Notes under the pieces: model-generated | What the model saw: the letters and a program-made list of their open reading frames with translations, nothing else | Told to the model about the DNA's origin: nothing | The model's database searches: none | Shown: positions 37,308-47,727 of the stretch, piece by piece | How the letters are laid out: each line of letters begins with the position of its first letter | How positions within the stretch are numbered: position 1 is the first letter of the stretch | Assembly: GCA_017503865.1 (NCBI GenBank) | Contig: JAFVSI010000019.1 | Location: 850 to 64,849 of the forward strand | Reading direction: 5' to 3' | Origin: Clostridia bacterium | GTDB taxonomy: Bacteria > Bacillota > Clostridia > Oscillospirales > CAG-272 | Length of the DNA: 64,000 nucleotides | Translations under genes and position numbers: made by a program

Positions 37308-37589
37308 GTGAAAAATTATTCAACTTTTATTCAACATTTTCCGTTATTGTGGACAATGTTTATACCAAATCTACTAAAATAGAGTTGTTTTTTGTACAAA
37401 AAGTGCTGTAAAAAATATTTAAATTTGTAAAAAAATGTAAATTAAGGGTTGGAAACGGCAAAAATCTCTTGTGAAAGAAGCAAAAATCAAATAATTTTAG
37501 AAAAAAGTAATAAAAACTGAACAATTTTTAAAAAAATTTTTGAATTCCTATTGATTATATAAATAATTTATTTTATAATATAACCACCG

Positions 37590-37664
37590 GTGGGGGAAAA
37601 TGGGTTAAAGTGTTACAAAGTGGTGCGAAAAAATGCCAAGTGGAGCGAAAGTGAACCAAATGAG
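37590..37664 (+). promoter_or_regulatory. MraZ binding repeats
   Basis: RTG(G) units at 37590, 37600, 37610, 37620, 37640, 37651 and 37660 (10-bp phasing) just after the TATAAT at 37574, matching known MraZ GTGG direct repeats. Confidence 0.75.
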
Positions 37665-37728
37665 TAACGATCCCATCTAAAAAATCTCAACCAACAGACA
37701 AAAAACAGACGAAAGGGGGTAACCGATA

Positions 37729-38151
37729 ATGCTTTCAGGTGAATACAAACATACTCTTGACCCGAAAAAGAGACTTTTTATTCCTGCCAAGCACAGAGAA
37801 GAGCTTGGAGAAACGTTTATGATAGCAAAAAGCGTTAGAGGTAACAGCCTTAAAGTCTATTCGTTGTCCGAGTGGGAAAAATACATTGAGCCCATCAAAA
37901 AGATAGACCGTAAAAATTTTGAGGCGGTCACGAGATATCTTCACAGCACCGCGGTACAGGTTACACCCGATGCACAGGGAAGAGTAATTCTCACCCCTTC
38001 TCTTATAGAGTTTGCAAAGATCACAAAGAACGCATATATCGTCGGATGTGGCGATTACGCAGAGATCTGGGCTGAAGAAGAGTACGCAGCAACCGTTGAA
38101 AGCATTGACTTTGAAGAACTCAGAGCAACTCTTGAGGCGTTTGGTCTGTAA
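37729..38151 (+). CDS. mraZ: Division/cell wall cluster transcriptional repressor MraZ
   Basis: GEYKHTLDPKKRLFIPAKHR, DAQGRVIL, GCGDYAEIW. Confidence 0.95.
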   Translation: MLSGEYKHTLDPKKRLFIPAKHREELGETFMIAKSVRGNSLKVYSLSEWEKYIEPIKKIDRKNFEAVTRYLHSTAVQVTPDAQGRVILTPSLIEFAKITKNAYIVGCGDYAEIWAEEEYAATVESIDFEELRATLEAFGL

Positions 38152-38160
38152 GGGGAATAA

Positions 38161-39105
38161 ATGGAAAAGGAAATTGTTTTTTCGCACCGTTCGGTTTTAC
38201 TTGACGAGTGCATAGATGGGCTTTCGATAAAGCCTGACGGAGTATATGTCGATGGTACCGCGGGGGGCGGTGGCCATTCGTTTGAGATCGCACGGAGACT
38301 TGTGGGGGGCAGACTTATCTGTATAGATCAAGACTCCGCTGCGATTGAGGCGGCAAGTAAAAAGCTTGCCCCTTTTTCTGATAATGTGACGATTGTGAGG
38401 AACAATTTTTCGAACGTAGCTGACGTTTGTGCCGAGCTTGGCATCGAAAAAATTGACGGAATGCTTATGGACCTCGGCGTTTCCTCATATCAGCTTGACA
38501 CTGCCGAGAGAGGCTTCTCGTACAACGCTGACGCACCGCTCGATATGAGAATGGACGGACGTGCGGCACTCACTGCTGAGATCGTTGTTAATACTTATTC
38601 CTTCGAGGAACTCAAGAAGATTCTTTTTGAGTACGGAGAGGAAAAATTCTCTCGCCAGATAGCCTCGGCAATAGTTGCCGAGAGGCAGAGAGAGCCGATA
38701 ATGAGCACAGCTCGCCTTTGTGAGATAATCAAGGGAGCAATTCCTAAGGCGGCAAGAGAGGGCGGTCATCACCCCGCAAAGAGAAGCTTTCAGGCGATAA
38801 GGATCGAGGTCAACCGTGAGCTTGACGTTATCGCACCCGCAATAAGAGACGGAGTGAAGCTTCTTGGGAAGGGTGGCAGAATGGCAATAATAACCTTCCA
38901 CTCGCTCGAGGACAGAATAGTAAAGCAAGCATACGCAAAGCTTGCCGAGGGCTGCACTTGCCCAAAGAGCTTACCGATATGCGTGTGCAACAACAAGCCA
39001 ACCGTCAAGGTGATAACGAAGCACCCAATTCTTCCAAGCGAAGGGGAGCTTAGTGAAAATCCTCGCTCGAGAAGTGCAAAGCTTCGAGTTTGCGAGAAGC
39101 TTTAA
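38161..39105 (+). CDS. rsmH: 16S rRNA m4C1402 methyltransferase
   Basis: HRSVLLDE, DGTAGGGGHS, DLGVSSYQLD, FHSLEDRIVK, NPRSRSAKLR. Confidence 0.97.
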   Translation: MEKEIVFSHRSVLLDECIDGLSIKPDGVYVDGTAGGGGHSFEIARRLVGGRLICIDQDSAAIEAASKKLAPFSDNVTIVRNNFSNVADVCAELGIEKIDGMLMDLGVSSYQLDTAERGFSYNADAPLDMRMDGRAALTAEIVVNTYSFEELKKILFEYGEEKFSRQIASAIVAERQREPIMSTARLCEIIKGAIPKAAREGGHHPAKRSFQAIRIEVNRELDVIAPAIRDGVKLLGKGGRMAIITFHSLEDRIVKQAYAKLAEGCTCPKSLPICVCNNKPTVKVITKHPILPSEGELSENPRSRSAKLRVCEKL

Positions 39106-39153
39106 AAAAGTCAAATTCAAAATTACGATATAAAAAATAACGGAGGTTTCAAT

Positions 39154-39939
39154 ATGTCTAACACAAATGAATCTTATAATCGTTGCTTGTCACAGCTCAA
39201 GGCCAGATACGGTTCAAGAGGAATAAGTGTAAATATGGAACGTTCCGTTAACGCACAAAAGAAGGCAGAGGAAGAGGCTGTATCTTCAAGCTACTATCTT
39301 TTTGATTCGAGAAGCGGAATTGCATCAAGCTTCAAAAGCGGAGAATACAAGGGCTCGAAGTATATGACCTCTGAGGACTTTCTCAGATACTTCCGCAGCC
39401 GCCGTCCTTACTCGGTTCCCGTTAAGAACAACCGAGTAGCCGAGGTGTCGGCACACAAGGGCACAAGAGAAGGGTCCTCGGACTCAAAGGAGGGTCACTT
39501 ATCACGTGCAATTTCGACGTTAAAAAGACTTAGAGAAAAATGGCTTCCCACTGAAAGAAGGGAAGGTCGCACAGAGATAAGAGGCTTTAAGTTCCCAATA
39601 GCCGCTGTAAGCTACATACTCGTTTTTTCCTTTTCTCTCGGACTTCTTGTGAGCGGTTCGGTTATGATAGGTAACGCTTCGGGTGAGCTTGGTGAGCTTA
39701 ACACAAAGATCTCTGTTCTTGAGGCACGCGAGTCGGAATTGCAAAGCGAAATAGACCTTAAATACGATATAGCTTCTATAAAGGCTGATGCCGAGGAGCT
39801 TGGAATGATATCCTCTCAGTTTGTCGGTGGAAAGACTCTTGAGGCTGAGGCTGACGAAGAGGTCGAGGTTTACGGTGAGGCTGAGGAGGTAGGCGGATTT
39901 GCCGCACTTCTCAGTGCTATAGGAATAGACGTTGACTGA
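39154..39939 (+). CDS. FtsL-like cell division protein with long N-terminal extension
   Basis: Occupies the ftsL position; single TM followed by a coiled coil and the AEELGM signature. Confidence 0.6.
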   Translation: MSNTNESYNRCLSQLKARYGSRGISVNMERSVNAQKKAEEEAVSSSYYLFDSRSGIASSFKSGEYKGSKYMTSEDFLRYFRSRRPYSVPVKNNRVAEVSAHKGTREGSSDSKEGHLSRAISTLKRLREKWLPTERREGRTEIRGFKFPIAAVSYILVFSFSLGLLVSGSVMIGNASGELGELNTKISVLEARESELQSEIDLKYDIASIKADAEELGMISSQFVGGKTLEAEADEEVEVYGEAEEVGGFAALLSAIGIDVD

Positions 39940-39959
39940 TATCCACTCGTTCTTTTTTA

Positions 39960-39988
39960 GAATAAATATCGCTTGCGGTACATAATCT
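39960..39988 (+). promoter_or_regulatory. Putative sigma-E promoter upstream of the spoVD-like PBP
   Basis: GAATA-16nt-CATAATCT matches sigma-E consensus spacing. Confidence 0.45.
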
Positions 39989-40024
39989 TTAATAAATTAT
40001 TTGCAGAAGTGTTAGGAGGAAGGA

Positions 40025-42289
40025 ATGCCATCCGGTAAATTGAGTTCGAGTGCTGTCAAGCGTTCAACGTGGCTCGGTATTATAATAGTGGCTGTTTTCG
40101 CCGTCCTTCTATTGCGAGTTCTTTACTTGCAGACGGTAAACTTTGAAAAGTATCAAAAAAAGGTTATTGACCAGATGACGACCGAATCTAAGGTCGCCGC
40201 AGACAGAGGAAAGATATACGATAAGAACGGAAATATTCTTGCCACGAATATTACCACGTACAGAGTATTCATTTCTCCGTCCTCGATAAAGTCGGCTCAG
40301 GACGATCTTGAAGAGGGAGATACAAAAAACTACTACGAGCTTGTGTCGAAGGGTCTTTCGGAAATTCTCGGTGTTGAATATGCGGACGTATATAAGCAGG
40401 CGACCGAGTACACGAAATATCTCGACAGAACGATAAAGAAAAAAGTCGATGAAGAGACTGCCGATGCGGTCTGTAAGTTCATTGACGATAACGGACTACA
40501 GAATATGATATATCTTGAGGCTCAAAGCACAAGATATTATCCATACGGCTCGCTTGCCTCGCACGTGCTTGGCTTTGCGAGTGCTGACGGTGAGGGACTT
40601 TACGGCATCGAATATCAATATGACGAGTATCTCAAAGGAATTGACGGCTATTACATAATCGCGAGAGACTCCTACGGAAACGAGATGCCGCTCGATTATG
40701 CGAGTTATATTGATGCAATTTCGGGCTATAACGTTGAAACGACTATTGACGTAAGCATTCAAGGCTTTCTTGAAGAGCAGATAGAAAAGACCGTACTCGA
40801 TCATAAGGCGGCAAACCGTGCCTGCGGAATCGTAATCGACGTAAATACGGGAGCTGTTCTTGCAATGGCTACCTCGTCGTCATTTGATTTGAACGATCCT
40901 TGGGAGCTTGATTCGGTCTCGACAGAGACACTCGAGCATTCGGGTTTTGCAAAGGACTCCGAAGAGTACTCAAATCTTCAGCGAGACCTTTTGACGTCAA
41001 TGTGGTCGAATAAAGCGATAACCGAGAGCTATATTCCCGGTTCAACCTTTAAAATAATCACCTCTGCGATGGGATTCGAAGAGGGCGTTGTGAAAATAAG
41101 CGACGTATGTACTTGCGGTGGCTCACTCGTCTTTGGCGGACATAAGATACATTGCCACAAGACCGAGGGACACGGAGCACTTACCTTTGCTCAGGGACTT
41201 CAGCAGTCCTGCAACGTCTGGTTTATGACGCTCGGCAAACGCATAGGTATCGAAAATTATCAAAAGCACGTAGAGGCTTTTGGATATTACGAAAAAACAG
41301 GAATAGACCTTCCCGGTGAAGGAAACAGTATATTTGCATCCGAAATGACCGAGCTTGACCTTGTAATATATTCGTTCGGTCAGAACTTTAACGTAACTCC
41401 TATTCAGCACATAAGTGCAATAAGTGCCGTTGCAAACGGCGGTAAGCTTGTAACTCCTTACCTTGTTTCAAGAGTTACTGACAATGCGGGTAACACCGTT
41501 TACGAGCACGATACCGAGATAAAGCGTCAGGTAATAAGCGAGGCGGTCTGCGAGACTATAGCGACTATGCTTGAAGAGGGCGTTTCGGGTGACGGCGGTG
41601 CTAAAAACGCGTACGTTGCAGGCTATAGAGTAGCGGCAAAAACGGGTACGTCAGAGAAAAAGACGGCAGGCGACGAGGGCGAATACATCTGCTCTTGTGC
41701 GGCTTTCGCTCCCGCAGACGATCCTGAGGTCGCAATTATTATAGTTGTTGACGAGCCCAAAAAGGGATACCTTTACGGTAGTACGGTAGCAGCTCCCTAC
41801 GTTGGAGATGCACTCGAGTCGATTCTTCCTTATATGGGAGTAGAGGCAAATTATACACAGGAAGAGCTTGATAATATGGCAGTTCGCGTTTCGGGCTATA
41901 AGGGCTGGAGCGTAAGCTATGCCAAGCGAATGATAGAGCAAAGCGGAATGAGAGCACTTGTTGTCGGTGACGGAAACGTAGTTACCTCACAGCTTCCCGC
42001 AAGCGGAACTTACGTTGAAAAGAACGGTGCTACAGTTGTTCTTTATACGGGCAAGGAAGCACCGAGTGAGAACGTAAGCGTTCCCGATCTTACGGGAATG
42101 ACGGCAGCTCACGCAAATCAAACGCTGATAAATCTCGGACTTAACGTAAAAATTGAAGGAACTCCTCATTACCTCACGGGAAATGAGGAAATAGTAGTTG
42201 TCGAGCAGTCGCACCCGAAGGGGACGATGGTTGCAAAGGGAACCGTCGTTACGGTGACCTTCAGATATATCGGCGGCGACGACGCATAA
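40025..42289 (+). CDS. spoVD: Class B penicillin-binding protein (SpoVD/FtsI) with PASTA domains
   Basis: RGKIYD, RYYP, PGSTFK (SxxK), SCN (SxN), KTGT, and C-terminal PASTA repeats. Confidence 0.85.
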   Translation: MPSGKLSSSAVKRSTWLGIIIVAVFAVLLLRVLYLQTVNFEKYQKKVIDQMTTESKVAADRGKIYDKNGNILATNITTYRVFISPSSIKSAQDDLEEGDTKNYYELVSKGLSEILGVEYADVYKQATEYTKYLDRTIKKKVDEETADAVCKFIDDNGLQNMIYLEAQSTRYYPYGSLASHVLGFASADGEGLYGIEYQYDEYLKGIDGYYIIARDSYGNEMPLDYASYIDAISGYNVETTIDVSIQGFLEEQIEKTVLDHKAANRACGIVIDVNTGAVLAMATSSSFDLNDPWELDSVSTETLEHSGFAKDSEEYSNLQRDLLTSMWSNKAITESYIPGSTFKIITSAMGFEEGVVKISDVCTCGGSLVFGGHKIHCHKTEGHGALTFAQGLQQSCNVWFMTLGKRIGIENYQKHVEAFGYYEKTGIDLPGEGNSIFASEMTELDLVIYSFGQNFNVTPIQHISAISAVANGGKLVTPYLVSRVTDNAGNTVYEHDTEIKRQVISEAVCETIATMLEEGVSGDGGAKNAYVAGYRVAAKTGTSEKKTAGDEGEYICSCAAFAPADDPEVAIIIVVDEPKKGYLYGSTVAAPYVGDALESILPYMGVEANYTQEELDNMAVRVSGYKGWSVSYAKRMIEQSGMRALVVGDGNVVTSQLPASGTYVEKNGATVVLYTGKEAPSENVSVPDLTGMTAAHANQTLINLGLNVKIEGTPHYLTGNEEIVVVEQSHPKGTMVAKGTVVTVTFRYIGGDDA

Positions 42290-42350
42290 ATTTAAATAAG
42301 AGCCGCAAGGCATAGGAAGTACAAAGAAATAATCTTTAAGGAGACTTTCT

Positions 42351-43856
42351 ATGCGGCTTGAAAAATTACTTTCGGGGGCGAATATCGCCTGTCCCAAGAA
42401 TATGAGTGGTATTGAGATAACCTCAATAGTCACGGACTCTCGTTTGGTGAGAGAAGGCAGTATGTTTATCTGTATTGACGGACTTCATACTGACGGACAC
42501 AAATTTATAAATAATGCAGTCAACGCCGGTGCCTCGGTAATTGTAATGGACGAGGGGCGTGACGAATGTGTGGGTGGTGCCGCAGCTGTTAAAGTTTTAA
42601 ACACGAGACGCGCAAGCGCATTCCTATACAATTCCTGGCACGGTGGTCCTGCGAGTAAACTTAAAATAATAGGTATAACGGGAACAAACGGAAAAACGAG
42701 TATTGGTCTTATACTTCGGGATATATTCAAAAAAAGCGGAAAGCGGTGCGGTTATATCGGCACCGTAGGTTCTTATTCTCTCGAAAAAAGGATAGAATTG
42801 AGGTCAGCAAATCCACTTGCGAATATGACGACTCCCGATCCGCCCGAGCTTTATGAAATTCTTGCACAAATGGTAGAGGACGGAGTTGAGTATGTCTTTC
42901 TTGAGGCTACGTCTCACGCGTCGGCACTGTCTAAGCTCGATCCAATACGTTTCGACGTTCTCGTTTTCACGAATTTAACAAGAGACCATCTTGATTTTCA
43001 CGGCAGTATGGAAGGGTATTTTGCCTCAAAAGCAAAGCTTTTCGAGCGATGCGATACCGCTGTGATAAACGCCGATGACGCCTATGCCTCGGCAATACTT
43101 AACGCAAGCCTCGCAAAAAGAAATATTCTTTGCTCGTGCGAGGGTAATTTAAGCAATTTCTCCGCATCGAATATCCGTTTAGGGGGCGGTGACGGCTTTT
43201 CTATGAGAGTCAGAACCGAAAAGACGGAGTTCGATGTAGCTATCCCCTTGGTGGGAAGATTTTCTCCGACAAACTCACTTGAGGCGATAGCCGTAGCAGA
43301 GTGCTGCGGTATCGCCGAGGGTGAGCTTGTAAACGCTCTTAGGACACTTTCCCCTGTTCCGGGAAGAATGGAGAAGGTAAACATTGATAAAAGGGCGGAT
43401 TTTTCCGTCTATATTGATTACGCACATACGCCCGACGCACTTGAAAACGTGTTGCGGTCGGCAAGAGATATGACGCTCTCGTCTATGACTCAAAGGGGAA
43501 GGGTAATAGTCCTTTTCGGTTGCGGTGGCGAGAGAGACAGAGGAAAACGGAAAGAAATGGGTGCCGTTGCCTCAAAATTCGCGGATTTTGTTATCGTTAC
43601 GTCGGATAACAGCAGAAGCGAAGATCCCACTGAGATTATCGGGGATATTTATAAAGGAATCAACAAGGAAAAAGAACATATAATAATTGTCGAACGCGAG
43701 TCTGCAATAAGATTTGCGGTATCGATGGCAAGGAGTGGAGACGTAATTCTCCTTGCAGGTAAGGGACACGAAAATTATGAGATCTCATATAGGGGTAAAT
43801 TGCCCTTTTTTGAGAGTGATATAGTAAAGGACGCTGTAAGCAAACGGTTTGCTTAG
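42351..43856 (+). CDS. murE: UDP-MurNAc-tripeptide synthetase (meso-DAP type)
   Basis: GITGTNGKTS, TTPD, NLTRDHLDFH, DYAHTPD, SDNSR, LAGKGHE. Confidence 0.95.
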   Translation: MRLEKLLSGANIACPKNMSGIEITSIVTDSRLVREGSMFICIDGLHTDGHKFINNAVNAGASVIVMDEGRDECVGGAAAVKVLNTRRASAFLYNSWHGGPASKLKIIGITGTNGKTSIGLILRDIFKKSGKRCGYIGTVGSYSLEKRIELRSANPLANMTTPDPPELYEILAQMVEDGVEYVFLEATSHASALSKLDPIRFDVLVFTNLTRDHLDFHGSMEGYFASKAKLFERCDTAVINADDAYASAILNASLAKRNILCSCEGNLSNFSASNIRLGGGDGFSMRVRTEKTEFDVAIPLVGRFSPTNSLEAIAVAECCGIAEGELVNALRTLSPVPGRMEKVNIDKRADFSVYIDYAHTPDALENVLRSARDMTLSSMTQRGRVIVLFGCGGERDRGKRKEMGAVASKFADFVIVTSDNSRSEDPTEIIGDIYKGINKEKEHIIIVERESAIRFAVSMARSGDVILLAGKGHENYEISYRGKLPFFESDIVKDAVSKRFA

Positions 43857-43877
43857 GGCGTGAAAGGGGGCAAAGCA

Positions 43878-45326
43878 ATGAAGATCAATATTGGAACGAG
43901 AGCAATTTCAATGTCAAGACTTGCACAGATTTGCGGCGGTATGCTTCACTGTATAGGTGGCGAGAGCGACCAGGACGTACAGTTCGAGTCTATTTGTACC
44001 GATTCGCGTGAGAGTGCTGCAGGTGCGCTTTTTATTGCACTTGGCGGTGAGCGAGTTGACGGACACGATTATATTGATGCTGCTTTGTCTGCGGGTGGTG
44101 GCTGCGTTCTTTGTGAGCGTATCCCCGAAAAGATAAGTGAGCGTAAGTGTGCGGCGGTTATAGTCGAGGACTCCGTAAAGGCAGTTGGAGAGCTTGCAAA
44201 GGCATACGACAGAAGCATAAATCACAAGAAGATCGCGGTTACGGGAAGCGTTGGAAAAACGACAACCAAGGAGTTTATTGCCGCAGTTCTTGCCGAAAAA
44301 TATCGAGTTCATAAGACTGAGGGCAACTATAATAGCAATATAGGTCTACCTTTGTCGATACTTTCTATGAAAGACGATACAGAGGTATCGGTGCTTGAAA
44401 TGGGAATGAGTGATCTCGGAGAGATAGACTACCTTTCGCGTCTTGCAGAGCCCGACGTGGCTGTAATTACCAATATAGGTACTTCGCACATCGGCCGTCT
44501 CGGTAGCCGTGAAAATATTTGCCGTGCAAAGCTTGAGATAGTAAACGGTCTCAAGACAGGCGGTACGCTTATCGTCAACGGTGACGAGCCTATGCTCGAA
44601 AACTATAAAAAGGACGGAATTACCGTTCGCCGTGTAGCAATTAAAAATGAAAATGCAGATTACCGTGCGACAAATATAAGAATTTGCGATAATCAAACGG
44701 TATTCGACATAATAACACCCGTTTCTTTAGTAAGAGACGTGTCTATCCCCGTGCTTGGTGAGCATAACGTTATGGCAGCTCTTTTCGCTTTTGCGGCAGG
44801 AGTCAGCTACGGACTTGACGTATCGTATATTGCAAGAGGTCTTTCGAGCTTCAAACAGGTCGGAATGAGACAGAATATATACGATATCGGCTCAATTAAG
44901 GTTATTGAGGACTGCTATAATGCAAGTCCAGAGTCTATGAGAGCGGCTTTCAAGGTGCAAAGCTCGATGGCAAAGCAGTGCGGCGAGGGAAGAATCGTGG
45001 CACTTCTTGGCGATATGTATGAGCTTGGCGACGAAAGCGAAAGACTTCACGAGCAGGTAGGTGCGGATTTTGCACTTGCAGGCGGAGAGGCTCTCTTTAC
45101 CTTCGGTGAGAATGCAGAGGGCATCGCAAGAGGTGCAATTCTTCACGGAATTGAGATCGAGCGAGTTTTCAGAAATTCTGACGTAAAAAATCCCGCTATG
45201 AGCGGAGAAATGCTCTTGGATTTTCTTCGTAGCGGTGATATTCTACTCGTTAAGGCAAGCAGAGGTGCGGCTGCCGAGAGAGTTATAGAATATCTTAAGG
45301 CAAATAAAGACAGAATAGCACAATAA
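43878..45326 (+). CDS. murF: UDP-MurNAc-tripeptide--D-Ala-D-Ala ligase
   Basis: TGSVGKTTTK, NYNSNIGLP, EMGM, DCYNASPES, LGDMYELG, VKASRG. Confidence 0.95.
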   Translation: MKINIGTRAISMSRLAQICGGMLHCIGGESDQDVQFESICTDSRESAAGALFIALGGERVDGHDYIDAALSAGGGCVLCERIPEKISERKCAAVIVEDSVKAVGELAKAYDRSINHKKIAVTGSVGKTTTKEFIAAVLAEKYRVHKTEGNYNSNIGLPLSILSMKDDTEVSVLEMGMSDLGEIDYLSRLAEPDVAVITNIGTSHIGRLGSRENICRAKLEIVNGLKTGGTLIVNGDEPMLENYKKDGITVRRVAIKNENADYRATNIRICDNQTVFDIITPVSLVRDVSIPVLGEHNVMAALFAFAAGVSYGLDVSYIARGLSSFKQVGMRQNIYDIGSIKVIEDCYNASPESMRAAFKVQSSMAKQCGEGRIVALLGDMYELGDESERLHEQVGADFALAGGEALFTFGENAEGIARGAILHGIEIERVFRNSDVKNPAMSGEMLLDFLRSGDILLVKASRGAAAERVIEYLKANKDRIAQ

Positions 45327-45356
45327 TCAGGTAGTTAAACGGGGATTTTTAAATTT

Positions 45357-46346
45357 ATGCTTATAGAATTCATTGTAGCGATAGTCACGAGCTTTGCTCT
45401 TAGTGTCGTGCTTTCGTATTATATAATACCCATTCTTAAAGGTCACAAGGTGGGACAGATCATTCGAGAAGAAGGGCCCTCGTGGCACAGCTCGAAGGCA
45501 GGAACACCCACGATGGGCGGAATATGCTTTATTATGGCTATTCTTATCGTGAGTGCGGGATTTACAGTATTTTATACTTTGAAAAACAGACAGAGTGAGC
45601 TTATTCCTCTTGCTCTTACGCTTGGCCTTGGAGTTTTTAACGGTCTTATAGGCTTTGTTGACGACTACTGCAAGCTATTAAAAAAGCAGAATGAGGGACT
45701 GACTCCGCTTCAGAAGATAATTCTGCAAACACTTGTAGCCATTCTTTATATCTTGGCTTTGAGATTTACAGGTCATCTTGACACAAATCTTTTTATCCCA
45801 TTCCTTAAAACGAATATTGAGCTTGGCTTTGTGTATTACATTTTTGCCGTATTTCTTATTCTCGGAATGGTCAATAGCGTTAATCTTACCGATGGAATAG
45901 ACGGTCTTGCAACCTCTGTAACCCTTGTGGTCGCTGGATTTTTCGCTTTCGTTGCGTTTAATGTTTTCAACGAGTCGCTTATACTTATATCGGGACTTCT
46001 CATAGGAGCACTTATAGGCTTCCTTGTTTTCAATATACATCCTGCAAAGGTGTTTATGGGAGACACAGGCTCGCTTTTCCTCGGCGGAATGGTGACCGGA
46101 GCCGCATTCCTTATGGAAAACCCGCTTATAATAGTTATAGCGGGCGGAATTTACGTAGTCGAAGCATTTTCGGATATTATTCAGGTAGGTGTTTTTAAAT
46201 TATCGGGCAGAAAGATTAGAGTTTTTAAAATGGCACCTATACATCACCACTTTGAAAAGTGCGGATGGAAGGAAGGAAAAATAGTAAGCATATTTTCACT
46301 TGTTACCGCTCTGCTTTGTGTAGCGGCGTGGTTTTCATCGTTTTAA
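45357..46346 (+). CDS. mraY: Phospho-MurNAc-pentapeptide transferase
   Basis: KAGTPTMGG, GFVDD, NLTDGIDGL, FMGDTGS, MAPIHHHFE. Confidence 0.97.
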   Translation: MLIEFIVAIVTSFALSVVLSYYIIPILKGHKVGQIIREEGPSWHSSKAGTPTMGGICFIMAILIVSAGFTVFYTLKNRQSELIPLALTLGLGVFNGLIGFVDDYCKLLKKQNEGLTPLQKIILQTLVAILYILALRFTGHLDTNLFIPFLKTNIELGFVYYIFAVFLILGMVNSVNLTDGIDGLATSVTLVVAGFFAFVAFNVFNESLILISGLLIGALIGFLVFNIHPAKVFMGDTGSLFLGGMVTGAAFLMENPLIIVIAGGIYVVEAFSDIIQVGVFKLSGRKIRVFKMAPIHHHFEKCGWKEGKIVSIFSLVTALLCVAAWFSSF

Positions 46347-46373
46347 TAATAATAATTATCGGGGGTACTTGTT

Positions 46374-47702
46374 ATGTCTAATGAAGAAAAGAAAATGACA
46401 CATAAGCAAGCCCCCGATAATAATTTGCCCGTCAAAAATGACAGTGAAAAAAAGGTTGGGCTTGTGAAAAGAGCTGTCGGTACTTTTTCAGAGTGGCGAG
46501 AGAGAAAGCTCGAGGAGCTTGATCCCATATATACTGAGCCCATAACACCTGCTGTTGTTGAGGACGAGGCGAAGGAGCCCCTTTGCCGTCACGGAGTCGA
46601 TAAGTGGTTCTTACTTTTTGCAACGATGCTTTTGTGCTTCGGTATAGTTATGTGCTACAGTGCGGGTGTCGTTGAGGCACAGGTGGAATATGACGATCCT
46701 ACCCATTACCTTGTCAGAAATATCGCATTCAGCCTTGTAGCGATAGTAATAACGACCTTGTTCGTTATGTTTTTCCGTCCCTGGCATCTTAGATATATGG
46801 CGGTACTCACCTATGCGGGAGCAATATTTTTGCTCCTTCTCGTTCTTGTTATAGGTACTGTCGGCGGCGGTGCTCAAAGATGGATCGCAATAGGACCTGT
46901 GACGATTCAGCCGTCCGAAATAGCAAAAACGGGCGTTGTGATGATGCTGGCGCTTTATATGTCTAAATACGAAAAAGAGATAAGCTCGGTACATAAATAC
47001 GGCGGAAGCTTCAAGCACGGATTTTTTATGCCGCTTATGATAATAGGACTTATTTGCGGTCTCGTTGCACTTGAACGACACATTTCGGGACTTATGATAA
47101 TCGGTATGATAGGCGTGTGCGTAATGTTTCTCGGCGGAACGAGAGCCAAGTGGCTTATAGCTTTCTTTGCCTTTATAGGAGTTGCTTTCGTCGGTCTTCT
47201 TTTGGTATCAAGCTATGCACAAGAGAGAGTTTTCACTTGGATACATATATACGAGGTCGATCCTCTCGGCCCTGCATGGCAGACTCTTCAAGGGCTTTAC
47301 GCGATAGGCTCTGGCGGATTCTTCGGTACGGGAATAGGCAGCAGCCGACAAAAGTATGGCTACGTTCCCGAGCCGCAAAACGATTTCGTTTTCCCGATAA
47401 TTTGTGAGGAGCTTGGCTTTATAGGAGCTTTCCTTCTCGTAGCACTTTTCGTGTTGCTTGTATGGAGAGGAATAAAGATAGGGCAGAATGCACCCGACAA
47501 GTTCACAGCTCTTACAGTTTGGGGACTTACCTTTAAAATAGCGCTTCAGGCGGCAATGAATATTGCGGTCGTAACTAATTCTATGCCCAATACGGGAGTG
47601 TCGCTGCCCTTTATAAGCTCGGGCGGAACGGCACTTATGATACAGATATTCGAGGTCGGTATCATACTCCTTATCTCGAGGTTTTCAAAACAAAAGAAGT
47701 AA
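46374..47702 (+). CDS. ftsW: SEDS peptidoglycan glycosyltransferase FtsW/SpoVE
   Basis: GAQRWI, QPSEIAK, AIGSGG, PEPQNDF, PNTGVSLPFISSGG. Confidence 0.93.
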   Translation: MSNEEKKMTHKQAPDNNLPVKNDSEKKVGLVKRAVGTFSEWRERKLEELDPIYTEPITPAVVEDEAKEPLCRHGVDKWFLLFATMLLCFGIVMCYSAGVVEAQVEYDDPTHYLVRNIAFSLVAIVITTLFVMFFRPWHLRYMAVLTYAGAIFLLLLVLVIGTVGGGAQRWIAIGPVTIQPSEIAKTGVVMMLALYMSKYEKEISSVHKYGGSFKHGFFMPLMIIGLICGLVALERHISGLMIIGMIGVCVMFLGGTRAKWLIAFFAFIGVAFVGLLLVSSYAQERVFTWIHIYEVDPLGPAWQTLQGLYAIGSGGFFGTGIGSSRQKYGYVPEPQNDFVFPIICEELGFIGAFLLVALFVLLVWRGIKIGQNAPDKFTALTVWGLTFKIALQAAMNIAVVTNSMPNTGVSLPFISSGGTALMIQIFEVGIILLISRFSKQKK

Positions 47703-47727
47703 TTGACTTTTTCTTAAGGAGATAATA

